A stretch of 42,306 nt of DNA, taken from contig JBAWHL010000531.1 in NCBI GenBank assembly GCA_049593815.1, positions 1 through 42,306 on the forward strand. Direction: 5' to 3'. Positions 10,045 through 19,105 of the stretch are shown here, piece by piece. The number at the start of each line of letters is the position of its first letter. Position 1 is the first letter of the stretch. This DNA comes from Ilumatobacteraceae bacterium (GTDB lineage: Bacteria; Actinomycetota; Acidimicrobiia; Acidimicrobiales; Ilumatobacteraceae). The position numbers were made by a program, and so were the translations under genes. The notes under the pieces were generated by a model. It saw only the letters and a list, made by a program, of their open reading frames with translations. It was not told the origin of the DNA and ran no database searches.

Positions 10045-11286
10045 ATGGCGGCACGCATGGAACGGCTCACCTTTCCCGGCAGCCAGGGGGTCGACCTCGC
10101 TGCCCGAATCGACCTTCCCGCAGGCCCGCCGCGGGCGTTCGCCCTCTTCGCTCACTGCTTCACGTGCAGCAAGGACATCGCTGCGGCGTCACGCATCTCG
10201 CGAGCCCTGACCGAGCTCGGATTCGGTGTCATGCGGTTCGACTTCACCGGTCTGGGCATGAGCGACGGCGAGTTCTCGAACACCAACTTCACGTCGAACA
10301 CCGACGACCTCGTCGCTGCAGCGGACACCCTGCGCACTCGCTTCGCCGCGCCACAACTCCTGATCGGCCACTCCCTCGGTGGCGCCGCGGTGCTCGCCGT
10401 CGCACACTCCATTCCCGAGGTGCGCGCCGTCGCCACGATCGGTGCCCCGTCGAGCCCGAGCCATGTCGAAGCGCTGTTCGGTTCCTCCCTCTCGGCCATC
10501 GAGGACGACGGCGACGCCGACGTGGAACTCGGTGGACGGACATTCACGATCCGACGGCAGTTCCTCGACGACCTTCGACGTCACGTCGTGACCGAGCAGG
10601 CAGCGACGTTGCGCTCCGCGCTGCTCGTGTTGCACTCGCCGATCGACAACACCGTCGGCGTGGAGCACGCCGCGGAGATCTTCGGTGCGGCACGCCACCC
10701 GAAGAGTTTCGTCTCGCTCGACGGTGCCGATCACCTGCTGACCAACGCCGCCGACGCGTCCTTCGCCGCGTCGATGATCGGAGCGTTCGCGGCGCGCTAC
10801 GTGACCGACGAGAGCGGCGCGGCCGATGTGCCGCGCGCGAGTGCACCCGTCGTCGTGGCCGAGACGACGCAGGGGCCGTTCCTCAACCACGTCGTCGTCG
10901 GGCGCCATCGAATGCTCGCCGACGAACCGGTCTCGATCGGCGGATTCGATGCTGGCCCGTCGCCATACGACTTCCTCGGTGCGGCGCTCGGGGCGTGCAC
11001 CTCGATGACGCTGCGGATGTATGCGGACCGCAAGGGTCTGCCGCTCGACCGGGTGAGCGTCGAGGTCACCCATGACAAGGTGCACGCCGACGACTGCACC
11101 GAGTGTGCCGACAACGAGGTACTCGCCGGTCGCACGGGCATGATCGACCGGTTCGAGCGGGTGGTGCACATCGTCGGTGATGAACTCAGCGCCGACGACC
11201 GGCAACGCCTCCTGGCGATCGCTGACCGGTGCCCGGTGCACCGAACCCTGGAGTCGGCGAGCGTCATCGTCACGCACGCCGGCTGA
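10045..11286 (+). CDS. Bifunctional alpha/beta-hydrolase / OsmC-family protein
   Basis: This is the last 413 aa of ORF 8419..11286, from the in-frame ATG at 10045. It has the nucleophile elbow GHSLGG and a C-terminal OsmC/Ohr-like domain (GPSPYDFLGAALGACTSMTLRMYA...RCPVHRTL). The upstream 540 aa of that ORF are antisense to the antiporter. Confidence 0.82.
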   Translation: MAARMERLTFPGSQGVDLAARIDLPAGPPRAFALFAHCFTCSKDIAAASRISRALTELGFGVMRFDFTGLGMSDGEFSNTNFTSNTDDLVAAADTLRTRFAAPQLLIGHSLGGAAVLAVAHSIPEVRAVATIGAPSSPSHVEALFGSSLSAIEDDGDADVELGGRTFTIRRQFLDDLRRHVVTEQAATLRSALLVLHSPIDNTVGVEHAAEIFGAARHPKSFVSLDGADHLLTNAADASFAASMIGAFAARYVTDESGAADVPRASAPVVVAETTQGPFLNHVVVGRHRMLADEPVSIGGFDAGPSPYDFLGAALGACTSMTLRMYADRKGLPLDRVSVEVTHDKVHADDCTECADNEVLAGRTGMIDRFERVVHIVGDELSADDRQRLLAIADRCPVHRTLESASVIVTHAG

Positions 11287-11401
11287 CGCTCCGGATGAGG
11301 TCGCTGGGTCGCTTCGGGCCGTCGATCAGCGACGCGCGTCGTCGGGAACCACCGACAATTCACGCCGCCCCACACCGCTGCCTCCTCTAGGGTCGCCCGC
11401 C

Positions 11402-12256
11402 ATGGGGAATCTGGCGGAGGATGTCGAATTGACCGAGGTGGGGCCCGGGACCTTCGAGCGGACACTCTCGGCGGACTGGGAGATCTGGGGCCCCAACGGT
11501 GGATACGTCGCCGCGGTTGCGCTGCACGCCGCACATCGCCACTGCGGCCGTGCCCGGCCGGCCAACATCACGGTGCACTTCCTCGGGGTGGCGAACTTCG
11601 ACGAGCCGGTCACGGTGACGGTCGAGACGTTGCGCAGCGCCCGCCAGGTGTCGAGCCTGCTGGTGCGCATCGACCAGAGCGGTCGCCCGATCCTGAGCGC
11701 CATGGTCTGGGCGGTCGACGCCGACCTCGGCGGTCTGGCCCATGACGCTGCGGTGATGCCGAACGGTCCGACGTGGAGCGAGTGCCCGACGATCGAGGAG
11801 CGATGGGCGGGGGCCGACGAGCCGTCGCGATATCGATTCTGGGACAACTTCGAGCAGCGACCGCTCACGTGGATCGCCGACTGGGAGAACCGGGAGCCGC
11901 AGCCGCCGCTCTACCAGAACTGGATGCGGTACGTGTCCGGCGACGCACCTTCGGATCCGTGGGACCAGGCGGCGCGCCTGCTCGTGCTCGTCGACCTCGG
12001 GGGCTGGCCGGCGGTCGGCCGGGCTCATCTCGACAACAGTTGGATCGCGCCGAGCATCGACGTGTCGTGCGAGTTCCACCGCCTGCCGTCCGCTGACGAA
12101 GGCGAGCCCCGAAACAGCGACGAATGGTTGCTCCTCCATGCGCAGAGCCCGCACGCCGGCGATGGTCTGATCGCCACCCACCAACAGGTCTGGAACGACC
12201 GCGGAGAACTGTTGGCGAGCGGCATCAGCCACCTGCTCTGCCGCCGCGTCGGCTGA
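11402..12256 (+). CDS. Acyl-CoA thioesterase (TesB-like double hotdog family)
   Basis: In-frame ATG at 11402 within ORF 11177..12256. WGPNGGYVAAVALHAA and the length (~284 aa) are typical of the 4HBT_3/TesB-like family. Confidence 0.7.
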   Translation: MGNLAEDVELTEVGPGTFERTLSADWEIWGPNGGYVAAVALHAAHRHCGRARPANITVHFLGVANFDEPVTVTVETLRSARQVSSLLVRIDQSGRPILSAMVWAVDADLGGLAHDAAVMPNGPTWSECPTIEERWAGADEPSRYRFWDNFEQRPLTWIADWENREPQPPLYQNWMRYVSGDAPSDPWDQAARLLVLVDLGGWPAVGRAHLDNSWIAPSIDVSCEFHRLPSADEGEPRNSDEWLLLHAQSPHAGDGLIATHQQVWNDRGELLASGISHLLCRRVG

Positions 12257-12279
12257 CGCTCATGGCTCGTGCAGCGGTG

Positions 12280-13155
12280 TCAGGCGGGTGAGGCGTCCGC
12301 CGGCTGGACCGACGCCAGCGAGCCGTCACGTCGACGGACCAGGGCGGCGTTGAACTCGGCGCTCATCAGGGCAGTGATCGCCAGGAGGCTGAGCCAGGTG
12401 ACCAATCCGAGGACCAGCGCGAACTGACCGTAGGTCTCGCCGGCTCCTTCGGTGATCCTGAGCACGATCGCCGTCCCGAAGTGCTGGAGCAGGGTGTAGA
12501 TGACCCCGGCGGCGATCGCCCCGGGCCAGACGTCCCGCCACGTCGGTGAGGCGGAGGCGAGGTAGCGGAACATGGCTGCGAGCGTGGCGATGTTGATCGC
12601 GACGGTTGCGGCGACCAGGAGGATCCGGCCTCCGATGGGGAGGTCGGCCTCCTCGACGATCGTCGCGATCGCGAGGCTGCCGATCTGGGCCGCTCCGATG
12701 AACACGAGCCCGAGCAGTGCATGGCCACGCTGGACCGGCATCGCATTGCGGTGATCGACGTCGACTTCCCAGATGTCGTCCTGCGCCATCTGCAGCGCGA
12801 CGAACGCCTTGGTCGCCGACCAGAGCGCGCCGCCGAGCCCGATCATCAGCACCCAGATGTTCCCGTCGAGCGAGGTCGGGTCGTCGGCCAACTGTGGGCC
12901 GAGGACCGGAATGTCGCTGAGCGCTCCTTCGATGATCCGCTCCTGCAGTTCCTCGTTGTTCTGGAGGACGAACCCGAGGATCGTCGTTGCTGCCAACATC
13001 AACGGGAAGATCGACAGGAATCCGAAGAAGGACAGGACCGAGGCGTTGCGACCGGACAAGTGGCGCCGCCACCCGTCGAGCGTGTCGACGACCACGTCGA
13101 TCGCCGTGCTGCGCTCGCGCAGCCCCATCACGGTCTTGCTCGTCGTCCACGGCAT
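12280..13155 (-). CDS. YihY/BrkB (virulence factor BrkB / RNase BN-like) family membrane protein
   Basis: ORF 12280..13281 (-). The stretch RNASVLSFFGFLSIFPLMLAATTILGFVL and 6 predicted TM segments are typical of YihY. The likely start is ATG 13155, because the upstream 42 aa are Arg/His/Asp-rich. Confidence 0.78.
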   Translation of the reverse strand: MPWTTSKTVMGLRERSTAIDVVVDTLDGWRRHLSGRNASVLSFFGFLSIFPLMLAATTILGFVLQNNEELQERIIEGALSDIPVLGPQLADDPTSLDGNIWVLMIGLGGALWSATKAFVALQMAQDDIWEVDVDHRNAMPVQRGHALLGLVFIGAAQIGSLAIATIVEEADLPIGGRILLVAATVAINIATLAAMFRYLASASPTWRDVWPGAIAAGVIYTLLQHFGTAIVLRITEGAGETYGQFALVLGLVTWLSLLAITALMSAEFNAALVRRRDGSLASVQPADASPA

Positions 13156-13225
13156 CAGCGACGAGCCTCCGTGGTCGCGTGGGCGGCGGTCGTGTCGGTG
13201 GCGCTCGTCGTCGTCTTCGTCATGT

Positions 13226-13924
13226 TCATGGCCCCTGCATCGTGCCGGTTGTCGGCGCCAGATCCCACTCGATCGGTGCACGACCTGCGTCGACGAGTGC
13301 CTCGTTCGCTCTGCTGAACGGTCGCGTTCCGAAGAATCCGTTGTGTGCCGACAACGGCGACGGATGCGGTGACTCGATGATCGTGTGGCGGCCGGTGTCG
13401 ATCAGGTTGCGCTTGCGACGGGCCGCGTTCCCCCAGAGGATGAACACGACCGGGTCGGTCTTCGCTGCCACCACGTCGATGACGTGGTCGGTGAACGTCT
13501 CCCAGCCGTGCTTCTGGTGGGAGGCCGCCTGGCCGGCGCGGACCGTGAGCGTCGTGTTGAGGAGCAGGACTCCCTGCCGGGCCCACGACTCGAGGTTCCC
13601 GTGATCGGGGACCGCGACACCGAGATCGGTGTGCAGCTCCTTGTGGATGTTGGCGAGTGACGGCGGGATGCGAACGCCGCGCCGTACGGAGAAGCAGAGC
13701 CCGTGCGCCTGGCCGGGGCCGTGGTACGGGTCCTGCCCCAGAATCATCACCTTGACGTCCGCGTACGGCGTCAGGTGGAGCGCGGCGAAGACCTCGTCCT
13801 CGGGCGGGTACACCGTGGCGGTCTGACGTTCTCGTGCGACGAAGGCCTGGAGGTCGAGCCAGTAGGGCAGATCGAACTGATCTCGCAGCAACGGATTCCA
13901 ATCGGTCCGGGTCATCGCGCCCAT
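13226..13924 (-). CDS. ung: Uracil-DNA glycosylase, family 1
   Basis: 232 aa. Canonical motifs VMILGQDPYHGPGQAHGLCFSV and HPSPLSA. Confidence 0.95.
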   Translation of the reverse strand: MGAMTRTDWNPLLRDQFDLPYWLDLQAFVARERQTATVYPPEDEVFAALHLTPYADVKVMILGQDPYHGPGQAHGLCFSVRRGVRIPPSLANIHKELHTDLGVAVPDHGNLESWARQGVLLLNTTLTVRAGQAASHQKHGWETFTDHVIDVVAAKTDPVVFILWGNAARRKRNLIDTGRHTIIESPHPSPLSAHNGFFGTRPFSRANEALVDAGRAPIEWDLAPTTGTMQGP

Positions 13925-13932
13925 TGCCTAGC

Positions 13933-14979
13933 ATGGACGCGGTGTTCGATCATCTCGAGCGAGCCTCGCTCGCCACCCTGCCCACCCCGCTGGAGGCGGG
14001 ACCGACCCTCGACGACGGCTCGCGTCTCTGGGTCAAACGCGACGACCTGACCGGGCTCGGCGGCGGTGGCAACAAGGCCCGCAAGCTGGAGTTCCTCTGC
14101 GGTGCGGCGGTGGCTGCCGGCGCGAAGTCGCTGGTCACGGTCGGCGCGGGACAGTCGAATCACTGTCGTATGACGGCTGCTGCGGGCGCGAGGCTGGGAC
14201 TCGAGGTCCACCTGGTGCTGTCGGGCGATCGCCCGGACGAACCCGAGGGCAATCAGCTCCTGTCGATGTTGTTCGGTGCGCAGCTGCACTTCACCGGTGC
14301 CGAGGAGAGCCATTGGGGTGAGCTCGAGATCGCCCGTGAGGCGCTGACCGATGGGCTCGTGGCCGACGGCATGGCGCCGTACGCGATCCCGATCGGTGGC
14401 AGTACGGCGGTCGGTGCCGTCGGCTACGCACTCGCCTTCATCGAGTTGCTCGATCAGTGTGACGCCACGGGCATCTCGCCCTCCCACGTGGTGTTCACGT
14501 CGTCGAGCGGCGGGACCCACGCGGGCCTGCTGGCCGGCCGAGCGGCGGCCGCACACGAGGGTCGGACCGTTCCGGACGTGGTGGCGATCGGCGTCGCCAA
14601 AGGCGTCAACATCGGTCGTCCCGACGTGGTGAAGCTCGGAAACGAGGCGCTGTCGTTGATGCAGTCCGACGCGATCGTGGCAGCGGAGGACGTCGAGGTC
14701 GATACACGCTGGATCGGCGACGACTACGCGGTGCCGACGGCTGCAGGGGACGAGGCGGTCCGGTGGGCCGCGGCAACCGGCGGTTGGCTGCTCGACCGGA
14801 CCTACTCGGGCAAGGGGGCGTCCGGGTTGCTCGGACTCGCCGCCGAGGGACGCTTCGGTGGCGATGACCGGGCAGGCGACGTCGTGTTCGTCCACACCGG
14901 CGGTTGGCCGGCACTGTTCGGCCCCGGTGGCGTGCCCGCAGCCACGCCGTCTCCGGGGCGGTCATCCCCCGAGCGATGA
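13933..14979 (+). CDS. PLP-dependent D-cysteine desulfhydrase / ACC deaminase family enzyme
   Basis: In-frame ATG 13933 within ORF 13834..14979. LWVKRDDLTGLGGGGNKARKLEFL contains the PLP lysine context of the ACCD/DcyD family, and HTGG is near the C-terminus. Confidence 0.82.
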   Translation: MDAVFDHLERASLATLPTPLEAGPTLDDGSRLWVKRDDLTGLGGGGNKARKLEFLCGAAVAAGAKSLVTVGAGQSNHCRMTAAAGARLGLEVHLVLSGDRPDEPEGNQLLSMLFGAQLHFTGAEESHWGELEIAREALTDGLVADGMAPYAIPIGGSTAVGAVGYALAFIELLDQCDATGISPSHVVFTSSSGGTHAGLLAGRAAAAHEGRTVPDVVAIGVAKGVNIGRPDVVKLGNEALSLMQSDAIVAAEDVEVDTRWIGDDYAVPTAAGDEAVRWAAATGGWLLDRTYSGKGASGLLGLAAEGRFGGDDRAGDVVFVHTGGWPALFGPGGVPAATPSPGRSSPER

Positions 14980-15082
14980 GCGACTGCACCGCCCGTGGTG
15001 CGCTGGCTCATCGCGGCGCGTCCTGCTCGGTCGACGACGGGATCTGCTGACGGCAACGGTCCGGACGGATAGCGTCTGCGCC

Positions 15083-16054
15083 ATGACCGACCAGATCCTC
15101 GATGTCGACCTGTTGGCGTTCGAACGGACCACGGGCACCCAGCGTCGCGCCGTGGTCGACGGGGTGCGTCGAAGCCTGGCGACCGGTTTCGTGTACACCA
15201 GCCACGACCTCTCCGAGGACCTCCTCGACACCACCTACGCGATGCTGCGCGAGTTCTTCGAACTCGAGACCGAGGCCAAGCAGCAGTTCACCGTGCCGGG
15301 AGCTCACGGCCAGACCGGCTACACGGGCCTGCTCGTGGAGACGGCGGCCTCCAGCGACAAGCCCGACTGGAAGGAGATGCTCAACTGGTCGGCACCCATC
15401 GCCGCTGGGCACCCGCTCAAGTCCAAGTTCCCGACCGCCTACCCCGATCAGGTCCTGCCCGAGTCGGTCGTGCCCGGCATCACCGAGGTGTTGTATCGCT
15501 TCCACGAGTCGATCGCCGACCTCCAGCGACGGTTCCTCCGCGTGATCGCCGAAGGGATCGGCTGCCACGAATCGTTCTTCGACGACATGGTCAAGGACGG
15601 CCCGACGCTGACACGAGCGATCCGCTATCCGGCGATGGCGGAGTTGCCGGACGAGGGACACGAATGGGCCGGCCAGCACGGCGACATCAATCTGATCACC
15701 GCGCTCCCGCGAGCGACCGCGCCGGGCCTCCAGGTTCGCGTGGACGACGGTTGGGTCGACGCGACGCCGCCGGACGACGCCGTCATCATCAACACCGGCA
15801 TCATGTTGGAGCGGCTCACCAACGGGGTCATTCCGATCGGCTGGCACCGTGTCGTCGCGGCCCCGGACTTCACCGGCGAGCGGTACAGCGTCGTGCAGTT
15901 CTGTCACCCGCGTCCGTGGACGGTGCTGGCGCCGGTGTCGTCGTGTTGCACCGAGGAGAACCCGCAGCGCTTCTCTGCGATCAGTGCCGAGCATGCGCTC
16001 GACGAAGTCCTCTACGAGATCAATCTCGTCGAGGACGCGCGCCGCGTGGGGTGA
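15083..16054 (+). CDS. 2-oxoglutarate/Fe(II)-dependent oxygenase (isopenicillin N synthase / ACC-oxidase-like family)
   Basis: In-frame ATG 15083 within ORF 14858..16054. H-x-D (QHGDINLITAL), distal His (GWHRVV) and R-x-S (ERYSVVQF) form the facial triad and 2OG-binding pattern. Confidence 0.8.
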   Translation: MTDQILDVDLLAFERTTGTQRRAVVDGVRRSLATGFVYTSHDLSEDLLDTTYAMLREFFELETEAKQQFTVPGAHGQTGYTGLLVETAASSDKPDWKEMLNWSAPIAAGHPLKSKFPTAYPDQVLPESVVPGITEVLYRFHESIADLQRRFLRVIAEGIGCHESFFDDMVKDGPTLTRAIRYPAMAELPDEGHEWAGQHGDINLITALPRATAPGLQVRVDDGWVDATPPDDAVIINTGIMLERLTNGVIPIGWHRVVAAPDFTGERYSVVQFCHPRPWTVLAPVSSCCTEENPQRFSAISAEHALDEVLYEINLVEDARRVG

Positions 16055-16057
16055 CCA

Positions 16058-16080
16058 GGGAGCCGAACCCGTTCGGCCCC
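16058..16080. terminator. Hairpin between convergent genes (GCCGAAC-CC-GTTCGGC flanked by G and C runs)
   Basis: A perfect 7-bp inverted repeat at 16062-16077, read directly. There is no U-tract, so intrinsic-terminator function is uncertain. Confidence 0.3.
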
Positions 16081-16114
16081 GACGCGATCTCGACGTGCAG
16101 ACGGGTGGCGCCGG

Positions 16115-17992
16115 TCAGCGCATGATGCGCGGCATCGGTGGCAGGTCGTCGGTGTCCTGCAGTGCGAGGTCGACCCAGATCGACGTCGACAGGTCGATGG
16201 GGATGAACCAGTTGTCGGGAACGTCGGGAGTGCCACCGGCGCCCGGTCCGCGAGCGTCGGGCGGTGCCCACCCGCAACTCTCGCTGGGATAGATCATCGC
16301 CGCCCATCCGCTCGCCGTGACCTGACCCGTCTCGGTGATGTTCCACTCCGAGTCGATCTCGCGATTGTCGTCGGTCGTCTCGATCGTGACCGGTTCGTGG
16401 CCGGATCCGTTCGGCAGGCTCGCCCATGGTCCGGTGCCCACGCTGCACACCTGACGGAAGAGGGCATCGATCACGGGACCGTAGGCGTCGACGGGTGTGC
16501 CGTCGAGGTCGCGAATCGTGAGCCGAATGTGAGGCGCCACGGCGTCGGTGGGAATGTCGACCGTGGCGTCGGTGGGAACGTCCGCGCGGATGCCGAGCGG
16601 GAGCGGGTCGGTGTCGCCCATGAAGCCGAGAACCTGACCGGCGCGCACTGCGGTACCGACTCGAGCGAGCGGCGTCAGTCGGAGATGGTCGGGTGCGGCA
16701 CCGTCGTTCGTGCCGGGCGTGTCGTCGTTGAAGCCAGCGAGCCGGTAGCTCCGCCCGTGATCGTCGGTGACGGTCACCGAGATCACGTCGCCGGGTTCGT
16801 CGACGACCGCGGTGACCGTGCCATCGACGACGGAGAGCACCGGCTGCATCTTGACGCCGAACGCGATGCCCGGCGCCTGGTCGGCGCAGAGACCGGCCGC
16901 CTCCACTTCGGCGGCGGTGGCGCTGCTGCCGGCGTTCTGGGCGACGTCTTGGGCATCGCCGCAGTCGGGTGCCGCGAGTCGGGTGGGTCCGAGCACGGGG
17001 AACGCCACCGATGCGGTTCGTTCCTCTGCCGGTGTCTCCGGGGCGGGTGCCTCGGCGGCGGGAGGCTCTGGGGGGAGCCCGAGTCGGGCCTGTGCCTGCG
17101 CGGACGTGGGTGTCTCGGGGATCGGTTGGCCGGCCAGGAAGGCCCACACACCGAGCCAGCGCTGCTGGTACTCGCGCACGGTCAGCACGTTGCCGGCCGA
17201 TGGGATCGGCACGATGTCCATGAGGGCGACGTCGCGCGATGCCCGTGGGTAGTACCACATCACGGGGATCATCGAGACGTCGTTGTTCCACTGTCGGAGG
17301 AACATCTCGACATCGGCGGCCGCTCGCTGGTCCTGCACTTCCGGCGGCGCGAGATAGGCATGGCTGTAGCCGCCGAACCCGTTCCAGGTCGAGGTGATGA
17401 ACTGGTAGGCGCCGGATGCCCCGCCCTTGTTGGTCGGGATCGAGTAGTTGCCGCGCGACTCCATGTAGCGGATCGTCGCCAGGATGTTGGCGATCTGACT
17501 CGGATATGCGATGACGTTCTGTGGCGCCGGCGCCGGCGGCAATGTCGTCGGCGCCGTGGTGGCCGGAGCGGGAACGCTGGTGGTCGACGCCGCAGTGGAC
17601 GTCGGCGCGGCGGGGACCGTCGTGGTGGTCGTGGTCGTCGTCGCCGGCAGCGTCGTGGTGGTGGTCGTGGTGGACGTGGACCCCGGTGCGGTGCTCTGCT
17701 CGGCGTCGGCGGTGGGGGTGACCTCATCGGTGGCCGATGTGGTTCCCGTGGGCAGCGTCAATCCGACCACCGAGGCAGCGACGGTCAGGGTTGCCACCAC
17801 CGACACGACCCGGCCACGGGCCGGACGTCGACCGCTGGGCGCGACGCGACCGGAGCGAAGCGGACGGCGTGAAGCGTCCGGGCGGCTGGTCGCTGTGGAA
17901 TGGTCCATCGGAGTGGGGTGTGTCGTCGGGTCGTCGTTGTTCGGAGCGTGGCCGAGGGCTGCGAGGCCAGCGGATCTCTCCAGGAGATTCAT
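16115..17992 (-). CDS. Secreted/anchored cell-wall protein: lytic-transglycosylase-like domain plus LytM (M23)-like domain
   Basis: Part of ORF 16115..18949 (-), starting at ATG 17992 (alternative 17908). Features: a TM/signal segment VVSVVATLTVAASVVGL, a Thr/Pro-rich linker, the SLT-like YMESRGNY...ASGAYQFITSTW, and the C-terminal M23-like GQVLGFMGDT...APHIRLTIRDLDGTPVD. Confidence 0.78.
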   Translation of the reverse strand: MNLLERSAGLAALGHAPNNDDPTTHPTPMDHSTATSRPDASRRPLRSGRVAPSGRRPARGRVVSVVATLTVAASVVGLTLPTGTTSATDEVTPTADAEQSTAPGSTSTTTTTTTLPATTTTTTTTVPAAPTSTAASTTSVPAPATTAPTTLPPAPAPQNVIAYPSQIANILATIRYMESRGNYSIPTNKGGASGAYQFITSTWNGFGGYSHAYLAPPEVQDQRAAADVEMFLRQWNNDVSMIPVMWYYPRASRDVALMDIVPIPSAGNVLTVREYQQRWLGVWAFLAGQPIPETPTSAQAQARLGLPPEPPAAEAPAPETPAEERTASVAFPVLGPTRLAAPDCGDAQDVAQNAGSSATAAEVEAAGLCADQAPGIAFGVKMQPVLSVVDGTVTAVVDEPGDVISVTVTDDHGRSYRLAGFNDDTPGTNDGAAPDHLRLTPLARVGTAVRAGQVLGFMGDTDPLPLGIRADVPTDATVDIPTDAVAPHIRLTIRDLDGTPVDAYGPVIDALFRQVCSVGTGPWASLPNGSGHEPVTIETTDDNREIDSEWNITETGQVTASGWAAMIYPSESCGWAPPDARGPGAGGTPDVPDNWFIPIDLSTSIWVDLALQDTDDLPPMPRIMR

Positions 17993-18040
17993 CGGCACGC
18001 AACCCCCGCGAGTGGAGCGCGTTCTGGTGACGATACTCGC

Positions 18041-19105
18041 ATGGGCTCCGCGCTGACGGCGGGTACGGTTCAGTCCCCGATGTCCGATCAGTCCCCGATG
18101 TCCGAGCCGCCCCCCGACGACCCGTCGATCGTCGTGCCGGTCGACCCGCCGGAAGACGCACCAGCGGCCCCGCCAGCGGTCGGCAAGGTCATGCTGGCGG
18201 TCGACATCGGAGCGACGCACTTCCAAACGGGTCTCGTGACCGCCCGTGGTGCGCTCATCGACCGTGAAGACGCGCCGATCGAACTGGATGTCGGGCCGGA
18301 GCAGCACTACACGGCGCTGGCCGCGCTCGTGACCCAGATGCTCGACCGTGCCGCCGATCGCCATCTGGCGACCGTGGTCGGTATCGGCGCCAGCAGCGGG
18401 GGACATGTGAGCCGTGGGCTCGAGACGGTGACCCCGTTGAGCGTCAGCTCGTGGCGCGACTTCCCGCTCCGCTCGCGCCTCGTCGAGTTGACGGGCATCG
18501 AGTGTCACGGTGACCTGGACGCTCGGGCGCTCGCGCTCGCCGAAGGATGGCTCGGCGCGGCCCAGGGGCAGTCGAACTTCTGCACGATCACCGTCGCCGC
18601 CGGCGTGTCGGGTGGCGTGGTGCTCGACGGTGACCTGCTCGACGGCCACTCGGGGTACGCCGGTCAGCTCGGTCACTTCGTCGTGGAGCCCGGGGGGCGA
18701 CGATGCTCCTGCGGGACGCAGGGGTGTCTCGAGGCCGAGGCATCGGGACAGGCGATCGATGCCATCACGGGCCGCCCCGCCAGTGAGCCGTCGTATCAGA
18801 TCATGCAGCGCACCGGCGGCCTCGTGGGTCGCACCGCAGCATCGATCTGCAACGCCTTCGACCTCTCGCTCGTCGTGGTCGGCGGCAGCATCGCGTTGGG
18901 ATTCGGATCGACGTTCTTCCACGCCGCCCAGATCGCGCTCGACGATCACGCACGCCTGTCGTACAGCCGCGGCGCACGCATCGTGCCGTCCCGCTTGGGC
19001 GAGGAGGGGCCGCTGGTCGGCGCCGGTGCCGTTGGATGGCGTGGCGTCCGTCGTGCTCGTCGCCAGGGCCGCTCAGGTGATCGTCAGCCCCCGAAGGAAC
19101 GGTAG
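18041..19105 (+). CDS. ROK family protein (sugar kinase/regulator-like)
   Basis: In-frame ATG 18041 (alternative 18191) within ORF 17900..19105. LAVDIGATH, the ROK Cys motif GHFVVEPGGRRCSCGTQGCLE, and VVVGGS. Confidence 0.8.
   Translation: MGSALTAGTVQSPMSDQSPMSEPPPDDPSIVVPVDPPEDAPAAPPAVGKVMLAVDIGATHFQTGLVTARGALIDREDAPIELDVGPEQHYTALAALVTQMLDRAADRHLATVVGIGASSGGHVSRGLETVTPLSVSSWRDFPLRSRLVELTGIECHGDLDARALALAEGWLGAAQGQSNFCTITVAAGVSGGVVLDGDLLDGHSGYAGQLGHFVVEPGGRRCSCGTQGCLEAEASGQAIDAITGRPASEPSYQIMQRTGGLVGRTAASICNAFDLSLVVVGGSIALGFGSTFFHAAQIALDDHARLSYSRGARIVPSRLGEEGPLVGAGAVGWRGVRRARRQGRSGDRQPPKER

Noticed and set aside
11279-11291. Shared 3' sequence GGCTGACGCT at the stops of two consecutive genes (11286 and 12256).
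   Set aside because: It is only a 10-bp identity spanning a Gly codon plus TGA, and is most likely coincidence in GC-rich DNA.
17993-18949. Upstream third of the 944-aa ORF 16115..18949 (-).
   Set aside because: It overlaps the ROK gene on the other strand and has no recognisable features. The wall protein has a sensible start and signal anchor from 17992.
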